Below, one piece after another: positions 32,201 through 44,268 of a DNA stretch of 64,000 nt. This DNA comes from Macrostomum hystrix (Eukaryota; Animalia; Platyhelminthes). The stretch lies in NCBI GenBank assembly GCA_950097015.1, contig CATNEN010000001.1:6200001-6264000 (forward strand), written 5' to 3'. A program made the translations under genes and the position numbers. Position 1 is the stretch's first letter, and each line of letters opens with the position of its first letter. The notes under the pieces were generated by a model, which did not search any database, had not been told where the DNA came from, and saw only the letters and a program-made list of their open reading frames with translations.

Positions 32201-33190
32201 TAATTATTTTTATTCAGCTTGCAAATATCGCGGTCTTGACTTTACTACAAAGGTTAGTAACATCCTGTTAGAAAGAGAAGATCCTGTTAGACAATGATGT
32301 TAGACAGAGAACAGCCTGTTAGACATAGAGTATCCTGTTAGACAGAGAACACATCCAGTCAGACAGAGAACACATCCTGTCAGACAGAGAACACATCCAG
32401 TCAGACAGAGAACACATCCTGTCAGACAGAGAACACATCCTTTCGGACAGAGAACACATCCTGTCAGACAGAGAACACATCCTGTCAGACAGAGAACACA
32501 TCCTGTCAGACAGAGAACACATCCTGTCAGACAGAGAACACATCCAGTCAGACAGAGAACACATCCAGTCAGACAGAGAACACATCCTGTCAGACAGAGA
32601 ACACATCCTGTCAGACAGAGAACACATCCTGTCAGACAGAGAACACATCCTGTCAGACAGAGAACACATCCTGTCAGACAGAGAACACATCCAGTCAGAC
32701 AGAGAACACATCCAGTCAGACAGAGAACACATCCAGTCAGACAGAGAACACATCCTGTCAGACAGAGAACACATCCTGTCAGACAGAGAACACATCCTGT
32801 CAGACAGAGAACACATCCTGTTACGCAGACCATCAGTTCGTCTGTTAGATAGTATGCTCGACTGTGAGAATATAAGTTAACCTCCCCAACACAATTACAT
32901 TGCAGGTGTACCGAACAGACTCAGAGTTCTCAAACACAGCCACTCATCACGGCCCATTGCAATCGGCCCAGTCCAACAAGGTGGAATTCCGCGTCGACAG
33001 ACCCGGCGTATACGCCGCAAGAGGTTTCGCCAACTCGCCATTCAGCTACGTTGGTCTCATTGTTGGCATTCTGGCAGCAGCCGCTGTGGCAGCTCTTGTC
33101 GTAGCAGTGATTGTGGTACACAGACGCAATCCGGACTATTTCGCAGAGAAATTAAGATTCTTGCAGAGGTCCACACAAAGCAAGGTGTGA
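26255..33190 (+). CDS. DD3-3-like type I membrane protein (~756 aa)
   Basis: Exons 26255-26334, 26716-26834, 26916-27847, 28734-29324, 31289-31552, 32906-33190 in frame. Signal peptide, then DIYMHNPRGSNNRL..NRLFDSQNNNRGGYN, EWTNQHSCG, GYECPEERDYYPYWH, RDNHLGN, NVRGKRGNIVQVYPAVEYDF, RNNNFSNRSHKG as in Dictyostelium DD3-3-like proteins; C-terminal TM helix. Confidence 0.85.
27877..28015 (+). mobile_element. SINE-B partial copy
   Basis: tagcaagacacttaactctgcattgcttcagttca..gctgttaaatgggtaccagc. Confidence 0.75.
28340..28699 (-). mobile_element. SINE-A, full length
   Basis: On -: gtggcagagcgg A-box, gagctcgattcc B-box, full body, (ATT)n tail. Confidence 0.88.
29480..31150. repeat. Intronic minisatellite, 19-bp unit (~80 copies) followed by a second 19-bp variant array
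   Basis: ctgttagacaaagatcatc 29480-31015; ctgttagacagaaactttc 31025-31150. Confidence 0.98.
31560..31980. repeat. Intronic minisatellite, 20-bp unit
   Basis: gactgttagatagcatgata repeats start just after the 31553 donor. Confidence 0.95.
32260..32825. repeat. Intronic minisatellite, 21-bp unit (core CTGTCAGACAG)
   Basis: catcctgtcagacagagaaca repeats ahead of the 32906 acceptor. Confidence 0.96.
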
Positions 33191-34117
33191 ATTTTGATGC
33201 TAATTCATTGATATTTAACCTGGACAGTTTCAAGACTAAACTGAAAACAATCGATATTTTTGGTAAACACAGCAATTTGTAACTAAATTGATCAAAATGA
33301 CATATATTGACATGGAATATTCTTTTTATATCATCGACAGAATTTATTTAAAAGTCCAACTGTTTAGCGCCGCGTGCAAGTTACTCTGGTCAGTTATCAG
33401 AACCGAAGATAAGACATGAAACAAAAATTCTCTTACCCTATTTAGCAGATTTTTTCTTAGATAACATATTGGTCTAGCTGTCTTCATGTGCACACACTCA
33501 CTGACCAAGCTATGCCGACAGTTAGTTAAACACACATGTAGAGAGTTGATATTTGAAAAATTCCAAAATTCAAAATCAGTAAGTGCCATTACTTGTCTTT
33601 TATTAAAACAAATACAGGTATCTGATTATCTAACAAAACTAGCAGTATTTTACGACTTTTTTGTTTAAATGTTCACGCCATGTTTTAATGCCGCGAGAAA
33701 TTCCAGATTCATTTAAATGCGTGATTTTTTTAAATATACAGTTCGTTTATCTGATTTCGATTTCATTTACTAATTTTAACACTCAACTTGTCCTGAAATT
33801 CTTAGTTATTTTATTTATCCATTAACATTCACTTACAAGAAGTTAAGAACAAAAAAAGCTTAACAAGCTGCTTAGAGCAATATTTTGTTTTACATACTTA
33901 GGATATAGAACTTGCAAACGTTTATTAATTGGATTAAATGCACACTATTTACCTGTACTTTTCGATGAAAAAAACTCGGGCTTCTTAATTGTAGCTATTA
34001 TTAGAAACAACGATTTCTGGGAAATCCCTCTTTAGGAGTAGTAACACCACTGAGAGTTAAAGTACCAAGTCACGTGACTGAGGCTAGCCTTTGATAGTGC
34101 TTATTATTCGTTAGCAA

Positions 34118-35178
34118 TCAAGTCCATTGCGGCCCACCGCCAGTGTAATTGCCAGTGATTTCAGCCCCGGAAAAGTCCATGCCAGGATTTTCATATTGGA
34201 ATCGTTGCAAGGTGAGCTTCTGCTCCATCTGATCGCGCAGTATAGGGTCGGGCTCGAACTCTGGTTGACCAACTAGCAGGCAGGGCCAACAGTTAGCCAC
34301 GGGATCTGGGGAGGCTTTGGCCAGGACAATCTGTAGCAGGCGCCGATCAGCCAGGGTCCAGGAGCTCTCGTCTGGATGCACCGATTTGGGAAACTCGCCG
34401 GATAATAGTTGTCGACCACCTGGGGAGTTGATGCAGGGATTTTAATCTCTTATAAACAATGGTAGTATAATAATTGGTCACACCTGATCCTATTTGGCCA
34501 GAATCCCACTAAGCCCTCTTCTATAAATCTAAAACTAAGTAATATGCGTGAGCGGAGCCTAAAAATAGAATATGACGTCATAAGACCAGCATGTTAGGCG
34601 GAGCCTAAAAATAGAATATGACGTCATAAGACCCGCTGGTTAGGCGGATTCTAAAAATAGAAAGTGACGTCATACGATCAGCACCATCTGCGGACTCTAA
34701 ATATAATATGATTAGTCAAGGGTTGCCTAAAGTTAGCACCTGAAAAAATAAAAAAATTATTTTATTACATCTGCCACAATCAGACCAGATGTGCCGCCGA
34801 GAGCACAGCAGCAGCTATTTCAGGGCGCATCTGAAGGCTGCGTACGGCTGTTCAGTCCATGGACTGGGGGGACGCCACCTTTAATTACCCCAACAACCAA
34901 TACCCCGGTAGCTGAAAAAAAGATCAGCAAAGCGATTAAGAAAAGCTAGATTTACTTATTTCCCTAAATACCAGAATTTTCCTAGAAACACTAAACAAAA
35001 AAAACAAATTACCAGACAAAGCCACCCGCAGACTGCGCACTCCGATGCTGCAGACAATCTGCGCCCCCTTAGTACCACTGGGCACTTCGAGTTCGATGTA
35101 CACTTCGTCAAGAGTTTGCCACCAGCGACCGCCAGGAAATTTGACGCTAACCTCACCGCTGCGTTCGTCAAAGTGAGC
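34118..35178 (-). CDS. NUDCD2: NudC domain-containing protein 2 (start Met not in the first visible exon)
   Basis: Exons 35178-35013 and 34419-34118: AHFDERSG..WWQTLDEVYIELEVPSGT..DESSWTLADRR..NCW..DQMEQKLTLQRFQYENPGMDFSGAEITGNYTGGGP. Confidence 0.92.
34545..34720. repeat. Second copy of the 46-bp TGACGTCA tandem repeat
   Basis: TGACGTCA at 34573, 34619, 34665; unit gcggagcctaaaaatagaatatgacgtcataagacc. Confidence 0.8.
34755..34895 (-). mobile_element. SINE-B 3' fragment
   Basis: gcgcatctgaaggctgcgtacggctgttcagtccatggactgggggg shared with 49410-49717. Confidence 0.8.
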
Positions 35179-35287
35179 CTGAAATTTTAATTGTGAAATA
35201 AGACTGGCTCGAATCAAAAGTACAATAACTAAGCGCCTGCTATATGTACGTCACAGCTGCAACAAGAACTGCGCCACTGGCAGAACT

Positions 35288-36036
35288 CAAGGGCCACTAG
35301 AAGAAGAAGGACGGGACACATCGTTTCTTGGAAACTTTTTGAAAGGCAGATTTTCACAGAAAAAATGCACTAGCGAGATAATGATAATAAAAATAACTGC
35401 AGGAGGGCTGCGGGCAATGGCACATCATTTGGTAACACTAGACCCGCAGCAAGCGAGGAGGCAATTCTGCCCATTCCGCTGACTCCTGAGCACACACGCA
35501 CACAGATACCGTAAGCAGGCACGCGCTCACACAGGTGTGTACATCTGCCCTGACTTTCTCAACGTCTGGCAGTGTACATTTCACTGCGCCTTAGGTCGGC
35601 CCCCAAGGTTGTAAATTGCACGCTAAGCCCCCGTTAAGACCAAATAAATGTGGTCTCGCCGCGGAATCGAACTCAGGGACCTTGATGCGAGAGGAAAACA
35701 CTTTAGACCGCTCTGCCACTGACCCCACTCGCACAAGCGTGATAGGAACTTTTAACCTTCTTCGCTTAAAAATGTCGATAACTTTTTATTGGAAGCAGAT
35801 CCGATGCTGTTCTGTTAATATATCTTGCAAAACATGTTGGTTCAATGAATTTTCGATCGAAAACTCCATTCATGATTAATTGATGTTCACTTTTTTGCAT
35901 ATTTATTATGAAGCACAATGGCAATAGCTAGAGAAAAAAGTTCCTATCTCGCTTGTGTATTTTACCGTGAAAATCTGCTTTTAATAATTTTTCCAAGAAA
36001 CGAATTATCTCGTCCTTCTTTCTCTAGTGGTCCTTG
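35288..36036. mobile_element. MITE / non-autonomous DNA transposon with long TIRs and 8-bp TSD (P- or hAT-type)
   Basis: Ends caagggccactag / ctagtggtccttg; inverted homology runs ~100 bp; flanks gcagaact (35280-87) and gctgaact (36037-44). Confidence 0.75.
35381..35730 (-). mobile_element. SINE-A inserted in the left TIR of the MITE
   Basis: Full body; 14-bp TSD gcactagcgagata (35367-80) / gcacaagcgtgata (35731-44). Confidence 0.85.
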
Positions 36037-36224
36037 GCTGAACTATACAGCACGTTTTAATCACTGAATAGACAAGAACACTACAATAAATCAATAGCTC
36101 TCAGGACCTAATCCACCAAAACCAACCACAGCATAGGATATACCAACTTACAGGACTAACAACCCACAGGATCTTCCAAATTACAGCATCCACCACTACA
36201 CAGCACAACTACTTCACAATATTA

Positions 36225-36636
36225 ACCACAGCACCCACAGCACTCACCACCCTACAGCACCCACCAACCCACAGCACCCTCCACCCCACAGCACCCACCA
36301 ACCCACAGCACCCACCAACCCACAGCACCCACCAACCCACAGCACCCACCAACCCACAGCACCCACCAACCCACAGCACAACACCCACCAACCCAAAGCA
36401 CAACACCCACCAACCCACAGCACAACACCCACCAACCCACAGCACAACACCCACCAACCCAAAGCACAACACCCACCAACCCACAGCACAACACCCACCA
36501 ACCCAAAGCACCCACCACCCCACAGCACCCACCAACCCACAGCACAACACCCACCAACCCACAGCACCCACCACCCCACAGCACCCACCAACCCACAGCA
36601 CAACACCCACCAACCCAAAGCACCCACCACCCCACA
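36225..36636. repeat. C/A-rich minisatellite related to 14915-15205
   Basis: cagcacccaccaaccca and cagcacaacacccaccaaccca units. Confidence 0.92.
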
Positions 36637-37065
36637 GAATAATTTCGGATTTCACGCCACTTATACTAAATAAGACACAAATTTTCCAAAGAATCAAAGC
36701 AATTAAAACGATATTTACCATTGTAAACTTTATGCAGCAAGTCCATAGGGTATAAAATAAAGTTGATATTGAATACTAATGCGAGAATATGAAATTTTAC
36801 TGGCAAACTTTTCAATAAGCTTAGAAGTTGAAACATAATTATTATGCCACAATAAGATCGACAAGCAAAAATATGATTAGTCAAAGAAAGAAAAAAATAT
36901 GAAACAAATCATTATAAGAAATATGCAGACCGTAATTTTGAACCTTAAACCGTAAAAATTCGGACTCAATTTCATGCAACCTGTACTTTTGTACGACAAT
37001 TAATAGTGGAATCAAACAAACGGATGTTAAACTACTAATAGTAGCACTGTTCAGTAGTTGACTGT

Positions 37066-37470
37066 CTACAGTGGAGCATCAATTCGGACTCGATGTTCGC
37101 TTATCAAATGCCTAGTAGTAGCTGCAACACTGGAGTTTTCGGAGTCACCAGTCAGCTGCTGCTGCTGCTTCACTAATCCAACTGGCCCCTTCTCGCAGTC
37201 CGCGCAGATTAGATATTTAATTCCGTCAACACTGTTAGTGAATCCGATATTTTCAAATTGCAGCATATCCTCCACGAACCACCATTGGCCTGGACAATTT
37301 TCAGGTGGAAAATCTGACGGTTTGCTGGCATGCTTGGCGTGCATCGCTGGCAGCTGGTGACTTTCTTCTGGTGGACAAGCTTTGGCTACATTGGCCTGCA
37401 GAATTAAACTGGAGCAGAACTGACAGACGAGATTGTGAGGATTGGTGGACTGTGATTGGTTAGCGGCCAT
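37066..37470 (-). CDS. RABIF: Rab-interacting factor / MSS4 (134 aa, single coding exon)
   Basis: Zinc pairs CQFC and CADC; [31 protein letters not shown]; acceptor ttctccag 7 nt before the ATG. Confidence 0.92.
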   Translation of the reverse strand: MAANQSQSTNPHNLVCQFCSSLILQANVAKACPPEESHQLPAMHAKHASKPSDFPPENCPGQWWFVEDMLQFENIGFTNSVDGIKYLICADCEKGPVGLVKQQQQLTGDSENSSVAATTRHLISEHRVRIDAPL

Positions 37471-37775
37471 TGGCGATCTGGAGAAATTTGTGTGATTCAA
37501 CTCAGTTAGAAAACTCGGTATTGTAACTGTTTTTATTATTGCTTAATCTCTGTGTCAGTGTCTAATCTCACGTATAAGCAAATCTTATCTCTGAGATTAA
37601 ACATTCTCTCTGAAAATCTCTGAGCATAATCTGTGTCTAACCTAATTTACTAACCTTAGTGTCTAATCATAGGTCTTATCTCACTGTCTAATCATATGTC
37701 TTATCTCACTGTCTAATCTCAGTGTCTAAACTTTCTCATTATCTAATCTGATTGTCTTTGTCAATCTCGTCAACT

Positions 37776-38072
37776 AAAAAAATAATTGGTTACACCTGCT
37801 CCCATAGGGTCAGATGTGCAGCCGACAGCACAGCCGCAGCTATTGCGCGGCGCATCTGAAGGCTGCGTACGGCTGTTCAGTCCATGGACTGGGGGGGACG
37901 CCACACCCACCCTCAATTATCCCAGCTGATGCTGGTACCCATTTAAGAGCTGAATGAATTGAAGCAACGCAGAGTTAAAGTGCCTTGCTCCACAAATTGT
38001 TCCAGTGGAGTCGGGAATCGAACCCCCGACCTTCAAGTCGTGAGTCCGACGCTCTAACCACTAGGCTACAAC
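37776..38072 (-). mobile_element. SINE-B, tRNA-derived, CORE-like central domain
   Basis: On -: tagcctagtgg A-box, ggttcgattccc B-box; colinear with 49410-49717. Confidence 0.88.
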
Positions 38073-39096
38073 CCTAAAATAAGAAACTTGACAACATCTA
38101 TGTACAAAAAATACAAACATCATTCTATCCGCATATTAGCAGAGAAATGAAAACAGAAAATATGTTTATTAATTTTTGAAGCTGCTTGGCATAGCAACTT
38201 AAGTGCATAGAAACCAAATTTCACAACTTTAAGGTCCAGGCACACACACACACACACACACAATATGAACACAATTAAAGGAAAGTTAAAATGCCACCGA
38301 ATTTTATTTCGACTAATGATTGAAAACTTAATATCTAAATTAAAAAAAACGAATATTTAATAAACACAAATACACAGAAACTGGCCAAACTACTCAAAGT
38401 AGCTACTCACTAATAAGTACTCTTAATTAGTAGCATAGTGGATAAAAAGTCAAGCCATTGTGTACTGGTGAGAGAAGGAAAATGCACTATTTTTCTAGAA
38501 CTTCTGCTAGAAGGTAATTGGGTTCAAATGAAGATTTACAAACTCTGTTTTGCACATTTAAAGAACACAGAAAAACTATCTAGCAATTTTAATTTCTCTG
38601 AAAACAGAAGGACACAAAAAGCACCAATTAAAAAACTTGCTAGACAATCGATTCAAACTGAATACATATCCGACACAGAAATTATGAAAATCAAACAAAA
38701 GAAAAATTTAATTAAATAGAAGGATCAAATTTCTGGATAAGCATAAGCTAGATTGCAGTAAATTAACGCTGAATTTAAGCAAACTAATATCTGTTTAAAT
38801 TCTAATTATAAAATAATCAGATTCTAACTTCCTCTGCTGAAAAGTGTCCTAAATTGCATCAGACGCATAATTTTCTACCTTAATCTGCTGCGAATTAAAT
38901 TTTGTTAATGACTTAAATACCTAAGACAAATTGTTTTCAACTAGAAACAAATTTCTCTTATGTTAGAAACCGCTATTTAGTCATTTTATTTTCTAAGAAA
39001 TCGACTTTTAAATTCGCGGCAAGATTATTCTTTGTTATAGCAAGCGACTTTTTTGTACAAGAAAGTATAAAAAACTAAGAATCTAATCTAAAAAGT

Positions 39097-42000
39097 TCAT
39101 CCATCTTTTCTATCGTCGTCGGAGTCCAAACCGACGCAATCTTGAGTTGCATAATGCACCAACTTTCTCTCGGCGTTACGCCTTCGTTTCGTCTCCTCGG
39201 CTAAAAGCCTACGCAGCGTGGCCACTTCATCAACCAGCCGATCGATGGCCGCTGATTTATTAGTTGAATAACGCCAGGTCTGCAGTAGTTCAGCAGCCTG
39301 CGGCCTCCTAGCCGGATCCGGATGCGTCAGGCGTTGAATAGCGTCGGCTTCCTGCGGATAGCGCAGTGTTAGATCGTCGGGCAGTTCGTGACGCTGACGC
39401 AGACTGTTCAACAGGCGCTGTCGTTCATGACCGCTAGAGAAGGGCTGGTATAATTCAAACAGAATGACACCGAGGCTGAACATGTCAGTCTTCTGGTCGT
39501 ATTGAAGGCCGGCCCGAAGCTCCGGGCTCTGATAGCTAGCGGTGCCGACTGTGGACATTTTTAGTCGTGGCGCGTCGGCTCTGCGCGAGTCGGTTGGGCC
39601 GACAACGGAGCGGGCCAGGCCGAAGTCGCCGATGCGAACCCGATAGCGACATCTGGATCGATGATTGTGTTTTACAAAGAATTTCATGTCATTGCGGCCA
39701 TTCCACTGTAGCTCTACCGAAAAATCAATTAACTCAGCGTTGCTCGATTGTAGCTATTTTTAGAAAAAAAATCAATTCTTGGGAAAACCTTTTTAAAAGA
39801 TATTTTAAGTTTCTTTTTTCTGTTATCTACCAAAACATTCAAACAATCGCCAGGAAAATCGGGCTAAAACTTCCTGAATTTATGAAACATCGGCATCTTT
39901 GAGATGTTCAACGATTCTCGTCTGGGTGTCTGGAGGCGAGAAATTTAACCATGTCGGCTTTTATTGTTGCTTACATTTTATTGATTATGTTGTTACTTAT
40001 GACATCATTGAAACAATATGGATTCGCCGCAGAGGTTTATAAAGAGCATTGTTAGCTGTCCTAGTCACCAGCGTCATCGACAAGAATGGATGCTGACATC
40101 GGAAGGCTACGATATTTGGATCCATATGGTGGACTTCCACAGAAATTCTCTATTTGTAAACATACTGTCCGGCTAAATGAAGTCGATGGTCAGTGGAGCA
40201 TTTTGACTTTTGAGCGAAGAAAACAGTCAGCATGACTTTCTTGCAATGCTGATCTCGCTTTGCCCCAATAGGTGGATCTGAACCCTCTAAACGCCCGGCA
40301 CCCGCACGATGCTCTTCCTCAACCAGGATGTCGAGAAAGCTCAAAATTGTCAAAGTAAGCGACAAGCCTACCTTGTAGCCTCGGGAGATTCCACCAGTTG
40401 CAGGAACACATTGGAGCACTTGAGATCTCGATGTAGAATGCCCTGGCCGTGAATGTACTCGATGCCGCGCAATAGCTGCTGAAAGATGTCGTGATTTTCG
40501 TAGTCGTCAATGACCAGGCCACCATTGGCTGTGCTGGAATTACGCCTGTCTAAATGTGCCTGCAGATTAGTATCGCATAGCTGCATCTGAATGAACAGTA
40601 CTAGCTCATTGTCACGTAGGCCCATCATACGGTTCAATGGAGCTCTACGCGACAGCGGCATGAGCTGACGTTGCTGATGCTGACTGTCACGGCCGGATAA
40701 ACGCGGACCTTCTTCTAGGGAAAACACACGACTGCGGTTTAGGGACAAGGTGAAAGGATTATAGAAAAATGAATGTGTTCACACACTTAAACAATGGTAA
40801 AATCTCTAGATCAGAAGCTGGAATATTAAATTGGGATTTGAATTGGTTAAAGACTGCCTTAAAACCTAAATATTATATTACAGATTAACGTAAGCAACTG
40901 AAAGTTTTTATCAACTTAAGGATGTGCAGAAGGTTAGGGATTAACTTGAGAATCTGCAGAAGGTTGAGGATTAACTTGAGGATCTGCAGAAGGTTGGGGA
41001 TTAACTTGAGGATCTACAGAAGGTTGGGGATTAACTTGAGGATCTGCAGAAGGTTGAGGATTAACTTGAGGATGTGAATAAAGTTGAGGATCAAACTGTG
41101 GATGTAGTGGATTAAAAATCGAATTGCATCGATTTAGATTAAATTTTTCAATCCAAGCTATCCAAGACTAGAATACGAACTATATGTTTGTGGCACTTTT
41201 TTAAGATACAGAATTATTTACAAATAGATAACAAAACCAACCGGTAGGACACCGCTGCTGAATTTTCTCTAGCTGACGTAGCCGACTCTTCATCGTGCTG
41301 CTGCTGCCAATGATCTGATAGTTTAGCAGTCCAACGGCCATTGTTGAGTTGCCAGTCGATTTTACTGCCGAGAATCGGATCCTGTTGTTGGCGACTCGGT
41401 CGACCACTATCACCGTTGGTTGCGAACGACCTGATGAGACAGGTCGGATATTAAATTGTACGTTGTTAAGACTTTAGAATAAATACTATCATTTCATCAA
41501 AGCAACATAATAAATTTTAAACCTTCGGTTTAGTATATAATAATAATAATAATTGGCTGCAGGCAATGGCACATAATTTGGTGACACTAGAGCTAAACAG
41601 CCAGCGAGGAGGCAAATCCCGCCGATTTCCGACTCCTGAGCGCACGCGCACAGATACTGTACACAGGCAAACACTCACACAGGTGTGTACATCTGCCCTG
41701 AATTTCTAATCCTCAGGCAGTTTAGACTCTCACTGTGTATTGGAGGTTGACCAAATTACTTAAATTGCACCTTAAGCCCCCAAGACTTCTCTCCGCGGCT
41801 GCACCCCAAATGAATGTGGCCTCACCGTAGAATCGAACTTAGGGACATTAGTGCGAGAGGCAAACGCGTTAACCGCTCTGCCACTGACGCTCCTTAGTTT
41901 AGTACATAAGGATTAGCAAATTCTAACCCCCTCGAGAGACAACCGTACTCCGCTTTTTATTTTACAAAGACTATGAAAATGCATCAAGTTTCAGTATACG

Positions 42001-44268
42001 GCCAAACAGACCTAAGAGATTTAGAATAGTGGGATAGAGTCAGCAAATTCTAACTAGCATTAAATGTAATTAAGGTCGTTACGATAGCAAACAAAAAACT
42101 ATGAAAGATAAAATGTACTTATAAACACTCAGCACTTACAATTCCGAGTTAAACTGCTCGGCATATTCTTTGGCACTAGAACTATCATTGGCATCTTTCT
42201 CATCGTCGCGAAATACAACCATAGAATCAGAAACTTCGAAAGCAGCGGACTTCTTAGCTGCATAATGCGCAAATGAAGATGTCGAAGAGTCTGTTCGAGC
42301 GGTCGGCGCGGAAGCTGACGACGTTGTTGATTCAGAGGCGCCAGAAGAGGAGGACAAAGAGTCGCCTTTGGCTTCATTTTCACAGCCGCTTAAACTAGTG
42401 ACTCGAGCGCCGAAAGCGGCACCTCTGTTAGACAAGAAATTAATAATCATATTAAAAATCTGTTGTCATTAAAACAAAGGCTCGAATCAATACTTACTTT
42501 GGCAGAATCTCCGTCCAAGAGGCGTGATAACGCACCACATTGCGATGATCCAGTCGGCAAAGAGTAGCTACCTCGCGTTGCACGCGGTGCAACTCTGTTA
42601 GATCTAGGCGACGAAGACGGATCTTCTTGATGGCGTACAGGCCACCATCGGTGAGATTCTTGGCTCGGTGAACAACTCCGAAGGCGCCACTACCCAATCG
42701 GTCTTGCTCCTCGAAGTTGCTCTGATACCAGTTGGGACTGGAGTCTAGTCTATAATATCCCATGCATTTTTCGATATTTAGTATATAGGACTAGCCAATC
42801 TACCCCCCTAAGGTAACAACCCCTATGTCATATGTCAATAAGGAAGGAAGTTAAAATAAAAAATAGCTGTATAAGCTTACGAAAGTCGGTTCGGCACCTC
42901 GTCGTATGGATTGAAGTTCAGCTGTGGTATCACTAAGGAATTCTGCGACTGTTAAACGGAAAGCAAATGAAATCTACAGTGATATAATGTTATCATTGAT
43001 ATAACCTTGAATTTGAGCAATAATGCTTATAACTACTAACCAACACGCCAACAGTAGTCTGTTCAAATAAGCGAGCAAATGCGCTTTCAAATAGCGGATT
43101 AACAGACAGAAAGTTTTTCATTGCTTTGGTCTTCCAACGTAGAATTCCATTTGCCCGAAGCATTCGAAATACAGCTAAAATTTTAATTGAAAGATAAAAA
43201 TGAAATAATGAAGAGAATCGGAAAGAACACAGGTTAGTTCTAGCTGAAAAACTATTACCTTGAAATTTGACATCCGCCTCATAATCGCTGCTACTAGACA
43301 GTCGACAAATATGTTTTATAGCTACCGAGCAGAGGGTCAATAATCGATAGTTGTCATGATCGGCTCTGTGTCGGACACTAACTATCGAAGTTTTAGTACA
43401 ATCTGAATCAGCAGCTAATGCCAGAGCAGCACCCTCAGTTAGTGATTGGCTTGGTGTAGCCTGCCTACTGCTGCCTTCGAGACCAGCATGACTGCTGCAG
43501 TTGTCCAGCGGATCTTTTAAAAATAATTATGGGTTAGAGAATAGTCGAAACAGCAATCATAGAAAAGATTAAAATGTCAGATAGGCTTTACACTTAGGAC
43601 TTCATAAATCAGTTTAGACTTATAAACTCTCTTATTTGTCAGAAAAACTAGCTTTTCTTGAAATGAAAGCCACTTTAAATTACAGTTAATGTGGTTAATT
43701 ATGAAAGGCACAGGTTTTAGAGATCAGATAGGATCATATTTTTATGGGATTAGGGATCAGAATTCAGAAGAGGCTAAGACTCTTTAAAAGTGAAATCAGC
43801 AAAGAATAGCTAGAAAAAAGCCTAAAACCTGTGCGGGTTCTAGGATCTTCAGGAATGCGATCCGAATCCCATCCAGGAATAAGTGTAGAAAACATGTGGT
43901 TGCACCACACTGGGTCTAAAACTGTAGCTCAAAAATTTGACACAATAAAACCTTTGTGTCAACCCCAATAGGTCATTTGGAGCTGTGGCTACATAGCACT
44001 GTGCTATGACATTGCCAGCCCTGACTCTACTGTGACCTAGCACCAGAAACTCATAAAATTGATAGTTTGTACACTTATTCCAATAGGGGTAAGTGTAGCT
44101 CAGTCTAGAGGTCTAGATAGTTAACACCTGATCTAATTTTATTAATAATTTTCTTGAAAATGTGATGTTTTACTCACCATCAAATGCTAATATAGGCTGG
44201 GCAATTAGATGCCTACTACTGACACTTCTGCTTCTGCCATTGGGCTTAACTGGAAGAGATGGCTCATC
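39097..44268 (-). CDS. EIF2AK1: eIF2-alpha kinase, HRI-like (start Met not in the first visible exon)
   Basis: Exons 44268-44178, 43513-43259, 43174-43041, 42948-42881, 42749-42498, 42424-42140, 41430-41242, 40731-40372, 39652-39097 in frame. FEE..RLGSGAFGVV..YAIKKI..REV..L..LDHRNVVRYHASW, large insert, LFIQMQLC, HRDLK, DFGLA, VGTASYQSPE, KTDMFSLGVILFELYQPF; HRI-type N-terminal helical region and C-terminal coiled coil; no TM or dsRBD. Confidence 0.8.
39900..40330 (-). mobile_element. Mariner-like transposase remnant
   Basis: GSDPPIGAKRDQHCKKVMLTVFF resembles the mariner K..H.KKVML.VWW motif; rest degraded. Confidence 0.5.
40910..41100. repeat. Intronic minisatellite, 30-bp unit
   Basis: aggatctgcagaaggttggggattaacttg x ~6. 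Confidence 0.9.
41537..41890 (-). mobile_element. SINE-A, full length
   Basis: A/B boxes, body and (ATT)n tail on -. Confidence 0.85.
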
